This document shows, one piece after another, positions 29,604-38,946 of a stretch of DNA of 64,000 bases. The position numbers and the translations under genes are program-made. Position 1 is the stretch's first letter. The number at the start of each line of letters is the position of its first letter. The notes below the pieces were generated by a model, which searched no databases, was not told the DNA's origin, and worked only from the letters and a program-made list of their open reading frames with translations. Origin of the DNA: a virus; the IMG/VR virus record IMGVR_UViG_3300014808_000001, positions 83,720-147,719 of that record, one strand, 5' to 3'.

Positions 29604-30623
29604 TCATCGTTTTATCTTTTTAGACGGATCCCAATCTGAAGAGAAAGGGCATTCGTTTTTGTTATGTAATCCAAAGTCACAATAATAACACAGCGCCGAC
29701 GGGCAGGGTAGCTTGTTTTGCGAAACAGGCTGGCTTAGGGTGGCGCGCCGCTTGCTATACCTGGCTTCTTCTGCTCCCTGGATGTACGCTTGAAATGTTT
29801 TTACACTATTATCTTCAAAATCATACATTTTAGACAAAGTGTCATTTAGCATTTCTATAGATTTTGTTTTACGCTCTTCATCTATCTTAACCTTTTGGTA
29901 CTGCCTGGTTCTGGTAAAGAAATAGATGTTCATATCTGGCAGAACTCCACCATATTTTCTATAGATGTAAAATGAATATATAGGATGCTGTAAATTCGTT
30001 TCCAACTTCTTAGAATCAAAAATCTTATTCCCTGATTTCCAATCTATGACATAATGGTGAACTACGTTCTTGCTCTTTATAGCCAGATGAAGGTCTACCG
30101 ATCCTACTATGTACACATGAGTATGAATTACTCCATTTATATCAACAGGCTTAGGAAGACGGTACGGCAGCACAAAATCTTCTTCGACTCCAACTATAGC
30201 GCCGTGTCTGATAAGTTTCTCACAGGGATTAAGATCACTATCAGCTATCATAAACCTATTCCCGTCTTTTTTAAACAGATCCACAATCCAAGCAAGAAGC
30301 TCCCCAGATTGTTTCATGGCTATCATCATATTTTCCGGTGATAGCCAAGGTATGTCTTCTTGGTAAGCATAGTAACTTATTGCTTCTCCAAGGTCTTTGC
30401 CAGAAGGCTGTCTTCCGTTCTTGAAGAAGTATTCCAGTGTCTTATGAATAACCGTACCATAAGATGTAGCTTCTTGTTTTTCTGTAGACCTTTTGCCCTC
30501 TACGTAAGTTTTATACCATTTCATTGGACAGGTAAGAAACGTATCTATCTGGGAATAAGATATGGCAAGACGTTTCACGCCATTAAACTCCTTATATAGC
30601 AAATGCGTTTCCGGGACCATCAT
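29604..30623 (-). CDS. Cas4/RecB-like PD-(D/E)XK exonuclease with Fe-S cysteine cluster
   Basis: N-term SYSQIDTFLTCPMKWY, core GSVDL ... VIDWKSG (D..E/D.K motif), C-terminal CPSALCYYCDFGLHNKNEC giving the 1+3 Cys pattern. Confidence 0.6.
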   Translation of the reverse strand: MMVPETHLLYKEFNGVKRLAISYSQIDTFLTCPMKWYKTYVEGKRSTEKQEATSYGTVIHKTLEYFFKNGRQPSGKDLGEAISYYAYQEDIPWLSPENMMIAMKQSGELLAWIVDLFKKDGNRFMIADSDLNPCEKLIRHGAIVGVEEDFVLPYRLPKPVDINGVIHTHVYIVGSVDLHLAIKSKNVVHHYVIDWKSGNKIFDSKKLETNLQHPIYSFYIYRKYGGVLPDMNIYFFTRTRQYQKVKIDEERKTKSIEMLNDTLSKMYDFEDNSVKTFQAYIQGAEEARYSKRRATLSQPVSQNKLPCPSALCYYCDFGLHNKNECPFSSDWDPSKKIKR

Positions 30624-30979
30624 AAGTCATTGTCTTTAAATCCTTCCGGGTAATATATGACATACTTCTTACCGTCTTCTGGTGTCATGGCAAACTGCAT
30701 GTAGTTATTACGATTACGATGCTTGCCATCTAATCCTCGCTTCCAATACAGAATCCCGTCTATCTCCACATAAGATCGGCCCCGGTCGGCTCTAACTACG
30801 TCCGTGTGCAGCAGATACCCGTCGGAAGACACGATCCACACTTTATCCCCTTTGCTTAAATAGGATATTCTTTTTCTTACAACAACTTTTTTCTTATTAT
30901 CTAATGCAAATTCCTCATCCGTCATATTCTTCATCCTCCTCTTCTTCTGTTTCAAAATCAATTCCATAACACTGATCAT
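30620..30979 (-). CDS. hypothetical protein (119 aa)
   Basis: ORF. Confidence 0.4.
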   Translation of the reverse strand: MISVMELILKQKKRRMKNMTDEEFALDNKKKVVVRKRISYLSKGDKVWIVSSDGYLLHTDVVRADRGRSYVEIDGILYWKRGLDGKHRNRNNYMQFAMTPEDGKKYVIYYPEGFKDNDL

Positions 30980-31142
30980 AATGATCGGTCAGTTCTTCTG
31001 GTTCTAAATCTTGTCCAAAATCCATATTAAAAACATATTAATCAATAAAGCGCTAAAAAGCACTATTCCTGCTGGCATAAAATCTATAAATGCTGCTTTT
31101 GCTTCTTCAATTAGGCCCAAGTGTAACCTTGGGCCATTGTAT

Positions 31143-32843
31143 TTATTTTTTGTCATCTCCTTTTAACTTCTTTAAAGTATCTGCAATCGGAAGCTGATCA
31201 ATAACTCCCAATGCCGGAGCGACGGTCTTAACAACATTGTTAAGAAAATTACCGGTACTGTTCTGACCGCCGTCAAATACCGTGATATTTCCGAGGTTAA
31301 TGTGCTCAAATGCCTTAACCTGTTCTCCGGCAATTTCTTTCCACTGATTAACCATCTTGTACTGGATGGCGATCTGAGGATTGGATTCTGCTGCTTCCAC
31401 CATAGCCTTAAATCCGTCGGCTTCTGCCATTAACGATTTTTTCTTACCTTCGGCTTCTGCCTCCAGCTTCATCTGAATAGCTTTTGCCTCCGCCTCAGCT
31501 TTTGCCAAATGTGCTGCTGCCTCAGCCTCAGCCCGGCGTTTGATCTTCTCGGCTTCAGCATCAGCTTGCAAGATAGCCTCTTCCTTCTGGGTTTCAGCCG
31601 GCACAATCTTTTCAGCCTTAAGCGCAGCCTGAACTTTCTTAGCCTTAGCTTCTTCCACTTCTTTGTCGGCAAGCTCTTTTGCTGTTTTTACAGCCGCTTC
31701 CGATTTAACTTTTTCTTCTCCGGCCTTCTTCTCTGATTGAGCTTTGATGATCTGTAGTTCTGATACTGATACAGCAACCTCCTTCTGGGCATTGTTGTAT
31801 CCTATAGACGCATTTTTCTCAGCCTCAGCCTTCTTAATCTGAGCTTCAGAGTCTTGTATTGCTATAGCTGCTTCCTTGTCAGCTTCAGCCTTATTCTTTC
31901 CGACTTCTTCCATTCTTTCAGCCTCGGCTTTATTTACTTCAAGTTCTGCCTTAGATCTTACGATCGCCGATTCCTTGTCGGTTAAAGTTTTTGCGATAAC
32001 CGCAGCCCTGTCTCTATCTGCTTGAGCTACACCGATCTGTTTCTCTTTATCGGTTAAAGCTAAAGCTATTTCTTTTTCTTTCTTCGTTTCAGCTACTATT
32101 GTCTCCTTTTCTTTTTCAGTACAAGCAATTTGAATCTCTTGTTCTTTTTTGGTATTAGCCACAGCCGTTTCTTTTTCCTTCTGCTGTACAGCAATTTTAA
32201 TAGCACCCAGCTTCTCCTGTTCTTCGATATTAGCCTGTGCCTCGTTCAGAGCCCTACTTTCAGCTTCCTTACCAAGGTTCATAATATAACCGGCTTCGTC
32301 TCTGATGTCACTGATGTTGATGTTCAGGAGGTAAAGACCTAACTTGTTAAGCTCGTTATCAATGTTCTTTCTCGCCTTATCCAAAAACTCATCCCTGTCA
32401 GAATTAAGTTTTTCGATTGTCATTTCAGCAATAATCAAACGCATCTGACCGTAAACGATGTCCGTAATAAGATTTTCAGTAGATTCGGTATCCATCCCCA
32501 AAAGTCTTTCTGCCGCATTTTGCATGATTTCTGGATTTGTACTGATAGCTACTGTAATAGTCGTAGGTACATCTACTCTAATATTCTGAGATGACAAAGC
32601 ACCGGTAAGCTTGCAATCTATTTGCATAGGCTCCATTGACAAAACATCATAGCTTTGAATAATAGGCAAGACAAATGCCGCTCCACCATGATATAATTTC
32701 GCCGATTTCTTTTCCCCACCTGTCTTACCATAAACGACCAAGACCTGATTAGGCTTACATCTACGATACCTTGATAAGACTCCGATGATTGTCAAAATAA
32801 TCACTACAGCTAAGATAGCTGACACGTACATGATTGTTGTCAT
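31143..32843 (-). CDS. flotillin / SPFH (band 7) domain protein with long Ala/Glu/Lys coiled-coil
   Basis: N-terminal TM helix then LSRYRRCKPNQVLVVYGKTGG ... GGAAFVLPIIQSYDVLSMEPMQIDCKL ... NIRVDVPTTITVAIS typical of YqiK/FloT flotillins; low-complexity internal ORFs are shadows. Confidence 0.75.
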   Translation of the reverse strand: MTTIMYVSAILAVVIILTIIGVLSRYRRCKPNQVLVVYGKTGGEKKSAKLYHGGAAFVLPIIQSYDVLSMEPMQIDCKLTGALSSQNIRVDVPTTITVAISTNPEIMQNAAERLLGMDTESTENLITDIVYGQMRLIIAEMTIEKLNSDRDEFLDKARKNIDNELNKLGLYLLNINISDIRDEAGYIMNLGKEAESRALNEAQANIEEQEKLGAIKIAVQQKEKETAVANTKKEQEIQIACTEKEKETIVAETKKEKEIALALTDKEKQIGVAQADRDRAAVIAKTLTDKESAIVRSKAELEVNKAEAERMEEVGKNKAEADKEAAIAIQDSEAQIKKAEAEKNASIGYNNAQKEVAVSVSELQIIKAQSEKKAGEEKVKSEAAVKTAKELADKEVEEAKAKKVQAALKAEKIVPAETQKEEAILQADAEAEKIKRRAEAEAAAHLAKAEAEAKAIQMKLEAEAEGKKKSLMAEADGFKAMVEAAESNPQIAIQYKMVNQWKEIAGEQVKAFEHINLGNITVFDGGQNSTGNFLNNVVKTVAPALGVIDQLPIADTLKKLKGDDKK

Positions 32844-32875
32844 AACTTTTAAAATTTAATTGTTGATAAAAAAAA

Positions 32876-33370
32876 TTAGATACTTAATTCTCCTTCTTCA
32901 TATTTTATATTCGCCTTGTCGCCGTTTTTGTAGGTTTTCCCAGACAAGCATCTTACTCTCATTTGCTCTTGTCTTCCATTTTTCGAAATATTTACCATAT
33001 AATGATTCTTCCCTGATCTAAACACTATCTCCACTTCTCTGCCATTTAAATCTTCCGGACATTCGTACACCATTTCTTGCTTTAACTTAAGAAGTAACTT
33101 ATATACGTAAAACAAAACGATAAAGAAAAACGACCCTATCACAACCCCTACTAAATGGGAACCCGAAAAGTATGTGGTCCAGCTATATCCAAGAATAAAA
33201 TGTGTTATGCCCTTGAATGATATGATGTCCGACAAAGACATGCTTAAATCAGAAGCGCTGTTAATGTCAATATCCGTATCCAGATCAGATCCTAATATCG
33301 ACAACAAAAACTGTATAACAAAAGCAAATGACGCTATTAAAGCCATGCATAAAATTATATCACTTCCCAT
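32876..33370 (-). CDS. NfeD/YqiJ-like membrane protein (flotillin partner)
   Basis: Several TM helices followed by a C-terminal soluble beta-rich domain (GREVEIVFRSGKNHYMVNISKNG ... GDKANIKYEEGEL); sits immediately upstream of the flotillin as in yqiJ-yqiK operons. Confidence 0.5.
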   Translation of the reverse strand: MGSDIILCMALIASFAFVIQFLLSILGSDLDTDIDINSASDLSMSLSDIISFKGITHFILGYSWTTYFSGSHLVGVVIGSFFFIVLFYVYKLLLKLKQEMVYECPEDLNGREVEIVFRSGKNHYMVNISKNGRQEQMRVRCLSGKTYKNGDKANIKYEEGELSI

Positions 33371-33611
33371 ACCCTTCTGTTATTATTTTGTAAACAAGAT
33401 CAGTCATATCTTTGATGGTCTCCATATCATAATCAGTAATAACAATATTTAATTTTTGTTCCACCATCATTTCCAGTTCAATTTGATCAAGAGAATCTAA
33501 TCCAAGTTCTTTAAACGTCACATCTTCTTCATGAACTATATCCATTTCCGAATTAAGAAACTGAGTAATAATTATATCCTCTATAATCTTTCTGATTTCT
33601 ACTTTTTCCAT
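33360..33611 (-). CDS. acpP: acyl carrier protein (83 aa)
   Basis: FKELGLDSLDQIELEMMVEQKL matches the ACP phosphopantetheine-attachment motif (LG.DSLD..EL). Confidence 0.75.
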   Translation of the reverse strand: MEKVEIRKIIEDIIITQFLNSEMDIVHEEDVTFKELGLDSLDQIELEMMVEQKLNIVITDYDMETIKDMTDLVYKIITEGYGK

Positions 33612-34312
33612 TGCTTTCTAATTTTGTTAAATAAGTATGTTTTTATGTTTTTCAATCTCTCTTTGTCTGTTTCAGAACTTCCGGTAAACAAATAATCCGG
33701 ATTGCCTTTAGCCGGCGGCGTAGGCAATTTAGATACGGCAAACAACCAATCCATTTCCTTATTCTTCTTAGACTCCAAATAAGGCTCGGTAGCGATCTTA
33801 AATTTTTCAGCTATTAAGTCAAAGAGCTTTGAATTTTTAAGGTTCATATGAACTGAAAAAGCCTGAGAAGGCGGTTTCCATATGAAGTTACATAAGCTCA
33901 TTGTATAATCTCCTGACTCTGCTATATAAGATTCCGTTACCTGAAGTATGACCTCTTTCTTGAATGAGGTGTTACCCATAAACCAACACAATCTGGATTC
34001 CGCTTCTTTTCTACTGACACCTATATCCTTTGAATATGATTCGTACATTCCTATCATAATCTTCAACGTTTCCAGAACCTCATCCGTCATTTCCGGTGTC
34101 TCTATATAATTCACAAAAGACGTTCCCTTGTTGGTCAATCTCATCACGCCTGATTTTAATTTCTCAACCAGGCCAAGCTCTATATACCTCCCAGCATCTT
34201 TTTCCAGCATGGCTTCGATCATAACCGTATCCTTCTGTCTTATAGCAAGAAGATTAGCCAGATCATTAGGAGTCATGTCTGATGCTGCAAGTTGTCTGAA
34301 ATTGATGTACAT
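33599..34312 (-). CDS. hypothetical protein (237 aa), first large gene of the ACP-NfeD-flotillin operon
   Basis: ORF overlapping the ACP start by 13 nt. Confidence 0.45.
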   Translation of the reverse strand: MYINFRQLAASDMTPNDLANLLAIRQKDTVMIEAMLEKDAGRYIELGLVEKLKSGVMRLTNKGTSFVNYIETPEMTDEVLETLKIMIGMYESYSKDIGVSRKEAESRLCWFMGNTSFKKEVILQVTESYIAESGDYTMSLCNFIWKPPSQAFSVHMNLKNSKLFDLIAEKFKIATEPYLESKKNKEMDWLFAVSKLPTPPAKGNPDYLFTGSSETDKERLKNIKTYLFNKIRKQWKK

Positions 34313-34314
34313 GC

Positions 34315-34524
34315 CTAATCAGCTTTAATAAAAATAACATCCTTACCATCCTCCCTCTCTACGTGATTACACGGGCCTGCGACTACATCTACCGACCCGC
34401 ATGTAATGTGGTCATTAAATATACATCCTTCACATCCTAAGTCTGGCTCTGGAGCATCCACACATTTTAATCTCACAAGTCCGGCATCAAACACTTCTCC
34501 TACTTTAAATTCCTTCTTTTCCAT
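34315..34524 (-). CDS. hypothetical small Cys-containing protein (69 aa)
   Basis: ORF. Confidence 0.35.
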   Translation of the reverse strand: MEKKEFKVGEVFDAGLVRLKCVDAPEPDLGCEGCIFNDHITCGSVDVVAGPCNHVEREDGKDVIFIKAD

Positions 34525-34539
34525 ATTTCCTCCTTGTTT

Positions 34540-35142
34540 TTAACTGTTGTACCCTTCTTTGATAATCGAATTTCTACCGGTAGATACCGACTGTCGAAGA
34601 TCGTCATGTACAGAATCTACCGTAGAATACTTGTTTCTGGTTGTAAAAATCACTTCCAGCATCTCCTTGTAATCACCTAAAGCTACTTCATATCTCGGAT
34701 CTACTTTGGCTTTTCTTTCGGCCTCGGCATTACTCTTAGCCAGCTCTCGGTCAAGAAGATCTTCTTTGATTCGGTCAGCAATCATATCAAGTTCTTTTTT
34801 TATAACTTCTCCTGCTGCCCGAAGTTGACCTTCTACGTCGCCAAGCTGATCTTGGACGGTTCCTATTTCTTTCTTTAGGCGATCGTATTCGTTAATCATA
34901 CCCATATCACCTGCATAGCCGGAAAAGTCCTTGATTATTCTGGTTCCTTCTTTAAGGAGTTCAATAACTCGTCTTTTACGTTCTCTGCTTATTAAAGACG
35001 GAAGACGATAATTCATATCCGCCACCGCCTTATCATGTATGGAGTTGATTAAAAACATCTCTCTTTCATCCCCTGCAAACTCAGTAAGAACCAAAAGGAA
35101 CTTACTTATCAGGTATTCGTTTTCTTCTACTGTAAGTCTCAC
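34540..35142 (-). CDS. hypothetical coiled-coil protein (200 aa)
   Basis: ORF starting 43 nt downstream of the tnpB-like stop. Confidence 0.45.
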   Translation of the reverse strand: MRLTVEENEYLISKFLLVLTEFAGDEREMFLINSIHDKAVADMNYRLPSLISRERKRRVIELLKEGTRIIKDFSGYAGDMGMINEYDRLKKEIGTVQDQLGDVEGQLRAAGEVIKKELDMIADRIKEDLLDRELAKSNAEAERKAKVDPRYEVALGDYKEMLEVIFTTRNKYSTVDSVHDDLRQSVSTGRNSIIKEGYNS

Positions 35143-35185
35143 GTTATTAAAATTTTAAATTTTATTCATTAAATTCACATCTATA

Positions 35186-36376
35186 TTACAAAATGTTTAC
35201 TCTAATCGGGTTAAACGCAAACCCACTATCGATTATCATGTTTACAAATGAATCACCGAATACTTTTCTACCTATCCCAATAGCTCCATTGATATCCGCA
35301 TTTAACAACTTTCCAACTGAGCTTTGGAATAATCCACGTTTCTTTCTTTTGCCTAAGTAAACATCATGCTTCCCTAATTTCTCAAAAGCTAAATGATCAA
35401 CCTTTGATGTATAGGATTCTTCATTAATTTGAAAGCTGATACCTACCAACTTACATTTATAGGATATTTTGTCTATAAGTCTTGAAAAAGGTATTTCAAC
35501 AAACTTTTGATTAATCTTCTTTCCAAGATTAATCTTTTGTTTCCATCCTTTATTTAAACCTATTACGATACTACCAATGTTGTTAGTAATACAATAATTG
35601 ACAATATATCGACTAACCTTGTGGATGTAGTCTTCTATCCAAAAATTCCTATAATTATTTAGCTGTCTAAGTCTTTCAGAAGTACCCTTACCTCCAACAT
35701 AAGACATTAACTTAGCTTTCCTCTTATTGTACCACTGATTAAAAGATTTCATAATCCGCCCGTTTACAATGAAAGGAACCAATCCGGCATTGCTGATACA
35801 TGAACATAAATTATTCAATCCTAAATCAATCGAAAGAACATTATCCTTATCAAGACTTAGATTATGTTCTTTCTTTTCATAAATTACTTCAACCACATAG
35901 CATGTAGATTGTGGAATGATTCTAACCTGACATAATTTACTATCTCCTATTTCAGTTTTAATTGGTTGAATTATATTTTTAACAAAATGAATACAACCAT
36001 CCTTCTTTAGCCTACAAGCAGAAGTTGTGAACACAACCATGTTCTGTTTCTTGCCTTTCTTGTACGAAGGTAGATGAGGACAACAATTATCGTATTTGGA
36101 AGGATTGTTTTCAAAATCCTTCTTGAGTCTAATCCATGATTTTATATTTTTAAAAACTTGGCCAACTACTTGTTGAAAAACAGAAGTGGGCAAATTCCTG
36201 AAATCAAATTGATTTTCTCTACAAAGTTTGGTTGAAAATTCATATTCATTCAGATATTCTTTATTGAAGATACCTTTACGCGCATTATACAAGACATAAT
36301 TATATAGCAATCCTGATTTGAGGCAAATATCTTCAAATCTGTTATCTTTAATAATATGTTTTTCAACCAATCTCAT
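35186..36376 (-). CDS. tnpB: TnpB-like (IS605 OrfB family) protein with degenerate RuvC-II and no zinc finger, possibly nuclease-dead and TldR-like
   Basis: RuvC-I VLSIDLGLNNL; EDYIHKVSRYIVN helix motif; the expected RuvC-II h-h-h-E-D-L-N is IVIGLNKGW (Glu replaced); RuvC-III NADINGAIGIGRK present; the CxxC...CxxC zinc finger is replaced by a Cys-free segment. First codon in the track is TTG; the ATG follows. Confidence 0.75.
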   Translation of the reverse strand: MRLVEKHIIKDNRFEDICLKSGLLYNYVLYNARKGIFNKEYLNEYEFSTKLCRENQFDFRNLPTSVFQQVVGQVFKNIKSWIRLKKDFENNPSKYDNCCPHLPSYKKGKKQNMVVFTTSACRLKKDGCIHFVKNIIQPIKTEIGDSKLCQVRIIPQSTCYVVEVIYEKKEHNLSLDKDNVLSIDLGLNNLCSCISNAGLVPFIVNGRIMKSFNQWYNKRKAKLMSYVGGKGTSERLRQLNNYRNFWIEDYIHKVSRYIVNYCITNNIGSIVIGLNKGWKQKINLGKKINQKFVEIPFSRLIDKISYKCKLVGISFQINEESYTSKVDHLAFEKLGKHDVYLGKRKKRGLFQSSVGKLLNADINGAIGIGRKVFGDSFVNMIIDSGFAFNPIRVNIL

Positions 36377-36417
36377 CAATCAATTTTACTATTTGAAATT
36401 TCAATTTTATTACCTTT

Positions 36418-37527
36418 TTAATATACTGACTGTTCTTGATTATCCGTAACGTCTTCCACAGTATAGAGCTTGGGCGGCGTCGGCGGCTGGTTGGGATTCA
36501 CGAACTTCGTCCCTCCCTCCCCGTACATCCATCCATGTCCCGGCAGTATCTCTGGGTGGATTGTATTAGTAAGCTCTTCCATACTAACTTGCCTTACCTT
36601 CAGTATATGATGAAACACCAGTCCGGCTGTCCTGAATGATGTTTTGTTTTCAGTTTTAAACCGATCAAGAGTCTGATACCAGTCTTTCCCAAATATCATA
36701 TACTTATCCAGCCCGTACCGACGAGGATTATGCAAACCTATCATTAACGTACATAACTGACCAAGCGTATCAGACTGGTAAAAATCAGAAAGACGAGGCG
36801 GCTGCTCTTGTGGGCTTTTTATCCTTCCTTCTATCTCTCTGTTGAATTGGGATATAATGAGGAAAAATATGTTTTTATATACTAATTTAGCCTCATTCAT
36901 AACCGCCACCAAATCATCTATAGCCGACTTAGGATCTAATCCCATTCTTTTTATTAAAGCAATATGATCGACTTTAAATATTATAAGACGTTTGTCTTTG
37001 TGTTTGTTGGCTATATGATACACAGCCGCCTCAAACTCTTTTACCGTACATGGAGCATCTATGTATATTATATTATTTCTGATTTCACCTTGAAGGATTT
37101 CAAACATCCTCATCTCTTCTACTGTATTAGAATCTTGCCTTCTTAATATTTCAGGAGCCCGCTTTTTCATATCCTGGCTCATTCTACGAAGAAGAAGATC
37201 TTGAGGATTCATTTCGAACTCGCAATTAACAAGAAAATAATCTTCTGCTTGTGGGTTGATCATCGGATTCATCACATTTTCCAATATCTTTTGGGCCACA
37301 TACGATTTACCTACAGATGGCCGGGCTCCTATGGCAATAGCATGTTGAGGGAAAATACCTCCAAGCAGAGCCTCATCAATATAATCGTATCCGGTTTTAG
37401 CGGGGATAAGCTCTCCCCGCCTGTATTTCAAGATATTCTCATACGCCTCTTCCATGACCTGTTTAGAGGTCTTGAATATCCTTCTTATATCTATTTTATT
37501 TTTCAGATCCTCTTGCATTTTTGTCAC
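36418..37527 (-). CDS. DnaB-like replicative helicase (RecA-fold C-terminal domain only)
   Basis: GYDYIDEALLGGIFPQHAIAIGARPSVGKSYVAQ (Walker A GARPSVGKS) and LIIFKVDHIAL (Walker B). Confidence 0.6.
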   Translation of the reverse strand: MTKMQEDLKNKIDIRRIFKTSKQVMEEAYENILKYRRGELIPAKTGYDYIDEALLGGIFPQHAIAIGARPSVGKSYVAQKILENVMNPMINPQAEDYFLVNCEFEMNPQDLLLRRMSQDMKKRAPEILRRQDSNTVEEMRMFEILQGEIRNNIIYIDAPCTVKEFEAAVYHIANKHKDKRLIIFKVDHIALIKRMGLDPKSAIDDLVAVMNEAKLVYKNIFFLIISQFNREIEGRIKSPQEQPPRLSDFYQSDTLGQLCTLMIGLHNPRRYGLDKYMIFGKDWYQTLDRFKTENKTSFRTAGLVFHHILKVRQVSMEELTNTIHPEILPGHGWMYGEGGTKFVNPNQPPTPPKLYTVEDVTDNQEQSVY

Positions 37528-37774
37528 CTTTTGTATCCGATTTGGATCCCCTATTAGCTTTTACTGATTTATACCTAAGACCGTTCTTGGTATGAGAACA
37601 ATCCTTGCCTTTCCTCCAGCCCTTGCCCTTTTTCTTGTCCGTTTCGTAGTTTTTACGACCAAGTTCCCGGCGTTTTGCTTTCTGTTCCGGTCTGGCATTT
37701 ATCTCCTTGTCCTTTTTAGCCTTTTTCTTCCTGGCTTCGGGATGAGTCCTGTAGTACTCTGTTGATCTGCCCAT
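37496..37774 (-). CDS. hypothetical highly basic Lys/Arg-rich protein (92 aa)
   Basis: ORF, 40% K/R. Confidence 0.35.
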   Translation of the reverse strand: MGRSTEYYRTHPEARKKKAKKDKEINARPEQKAKRRELGRKNYETDKKKGKGWRKGKDCSHTKNGLRYKSVKANRGSKSDTKGDKNARGSEK

Positions 37775-37826
37775 CTTCTTACATTTTTTTTGATTGATAA
37801 TAGCACAAAGATAGGCAATTCGCGCC

Positions 37827-38393
37827 CTATTTCAACCTGCCGTAGCTCATATCAGGATCACACCAGACATACCCGTCTTTCTCATCATGAAGATACTCAG
37901 GACATCCTCTGCATGCGCTACTGCCTGACACTATTTGATTGTTTTTATTAGGGCACTTATCTCCAGGCTTATGCCATTCTATTCTCGAACCTGATCGCTC
38001 TTTGTTTACATGACAGAACTGAAAGATTTTTCCCATCGTCTTCTCGCCGAACATACCTATATGTGTGTATTCTTCCGGTATAGAGAGAAATTCAGATAAA
38101 TCTTTATACATCCTTTTCCGTTCCTCCGGCGTAGACCATAGTCTGTCAAGTTCGGCATGGACTCTTATCTTAAGAGATCTCAGTGATGGCCCCGCAAGCC
38201 GGCCTTTAGCTTTTCCCTTATTCGGCCCTGATTCATGAACACCGACATAAGCGTTGCATGGTTTGCACATCATAACCATACCTAAGCCTTTTCTGCTATA
38301 TATTTTATCGGCATTGACCAGCTCGGTTTCCCTTCCGCAATAAGGACAAATTTCGCCTCTTAAAACCCGTTGTTGGCGCTCATTAAGTTCCAT
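37827..38393 (-). CDS. hypothetical zinc-ribbon protein (188 aa)
   Basis: CPYCG ... CKPC and a C-terminal CRGC cluster. Confidence 0.45.
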   Translation of the reverse strand: MELNERQQRVLRGEICPYCGRETELVNADKIYSRKGLGMVMMCKPCNAYVGVHESGPNKGKAKGRLAGPSLRSLKIRVHAELDRLWSTPEERKRMYKDLSEFLSIPEEYTHIGMFGEKTMGKIFQFCHVNKERSGSRIEWHKPGDKCPNKNNQIVSGSSACRGCPEYLHDEKDGYVWCDPDMSYGRLK

Positions 38394-38946
38394 ACCCTAT
38401 TCTTTTGTTTTTCTTTAAACTTTTCATACAAACTGCTTTCAGTTTCCATTTCTGAGATCTCTACCTCTACGTCCTCTCTTTTGAAAATTACTTTCTTGGC
38501 TGTCGGATACGCACATTTAGAGATACGAATAGCATTACGAATAGCGTAAACAAAATACGTTTCTGGCGACGATTCAATCACCACTACCTCGTTTAAAGTG
38601 TTTTTGTAATTTTCCATATTATCTGCTTGCTTCAATTATATAACCTGGATTATCTTCACACGCCTCTTTGTATTTGATAAGAAACTTAAGAAATGAATCA
38701 TAAGACCCCCATCCGTTTTCCGGCTCGTATCTCAAAAGACTTTTTCTCTTAGAGATCATAATACATATGCCTTTTGTAAGTACATTCTTCATCTCATCGG
38801 TATCTATTTCCCTACCCAATTCTTCTGGTCTCCAAACATAATCGTACAGCGTTTCTTTATTTTCTGATACGAATATTCTTTGTGCCATCTTGTTCATGTT
38901 GTGGGTGATGTTCGCAACCCATTCACGATCTTCTTTCTTCTTGTTC

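Noticed and set aside
35143-35185. Defining exact TnpB and IscB element ends and guides
   Set aside because: Boundaries cannot be determined without comparative genomes; only approximate regions are given.
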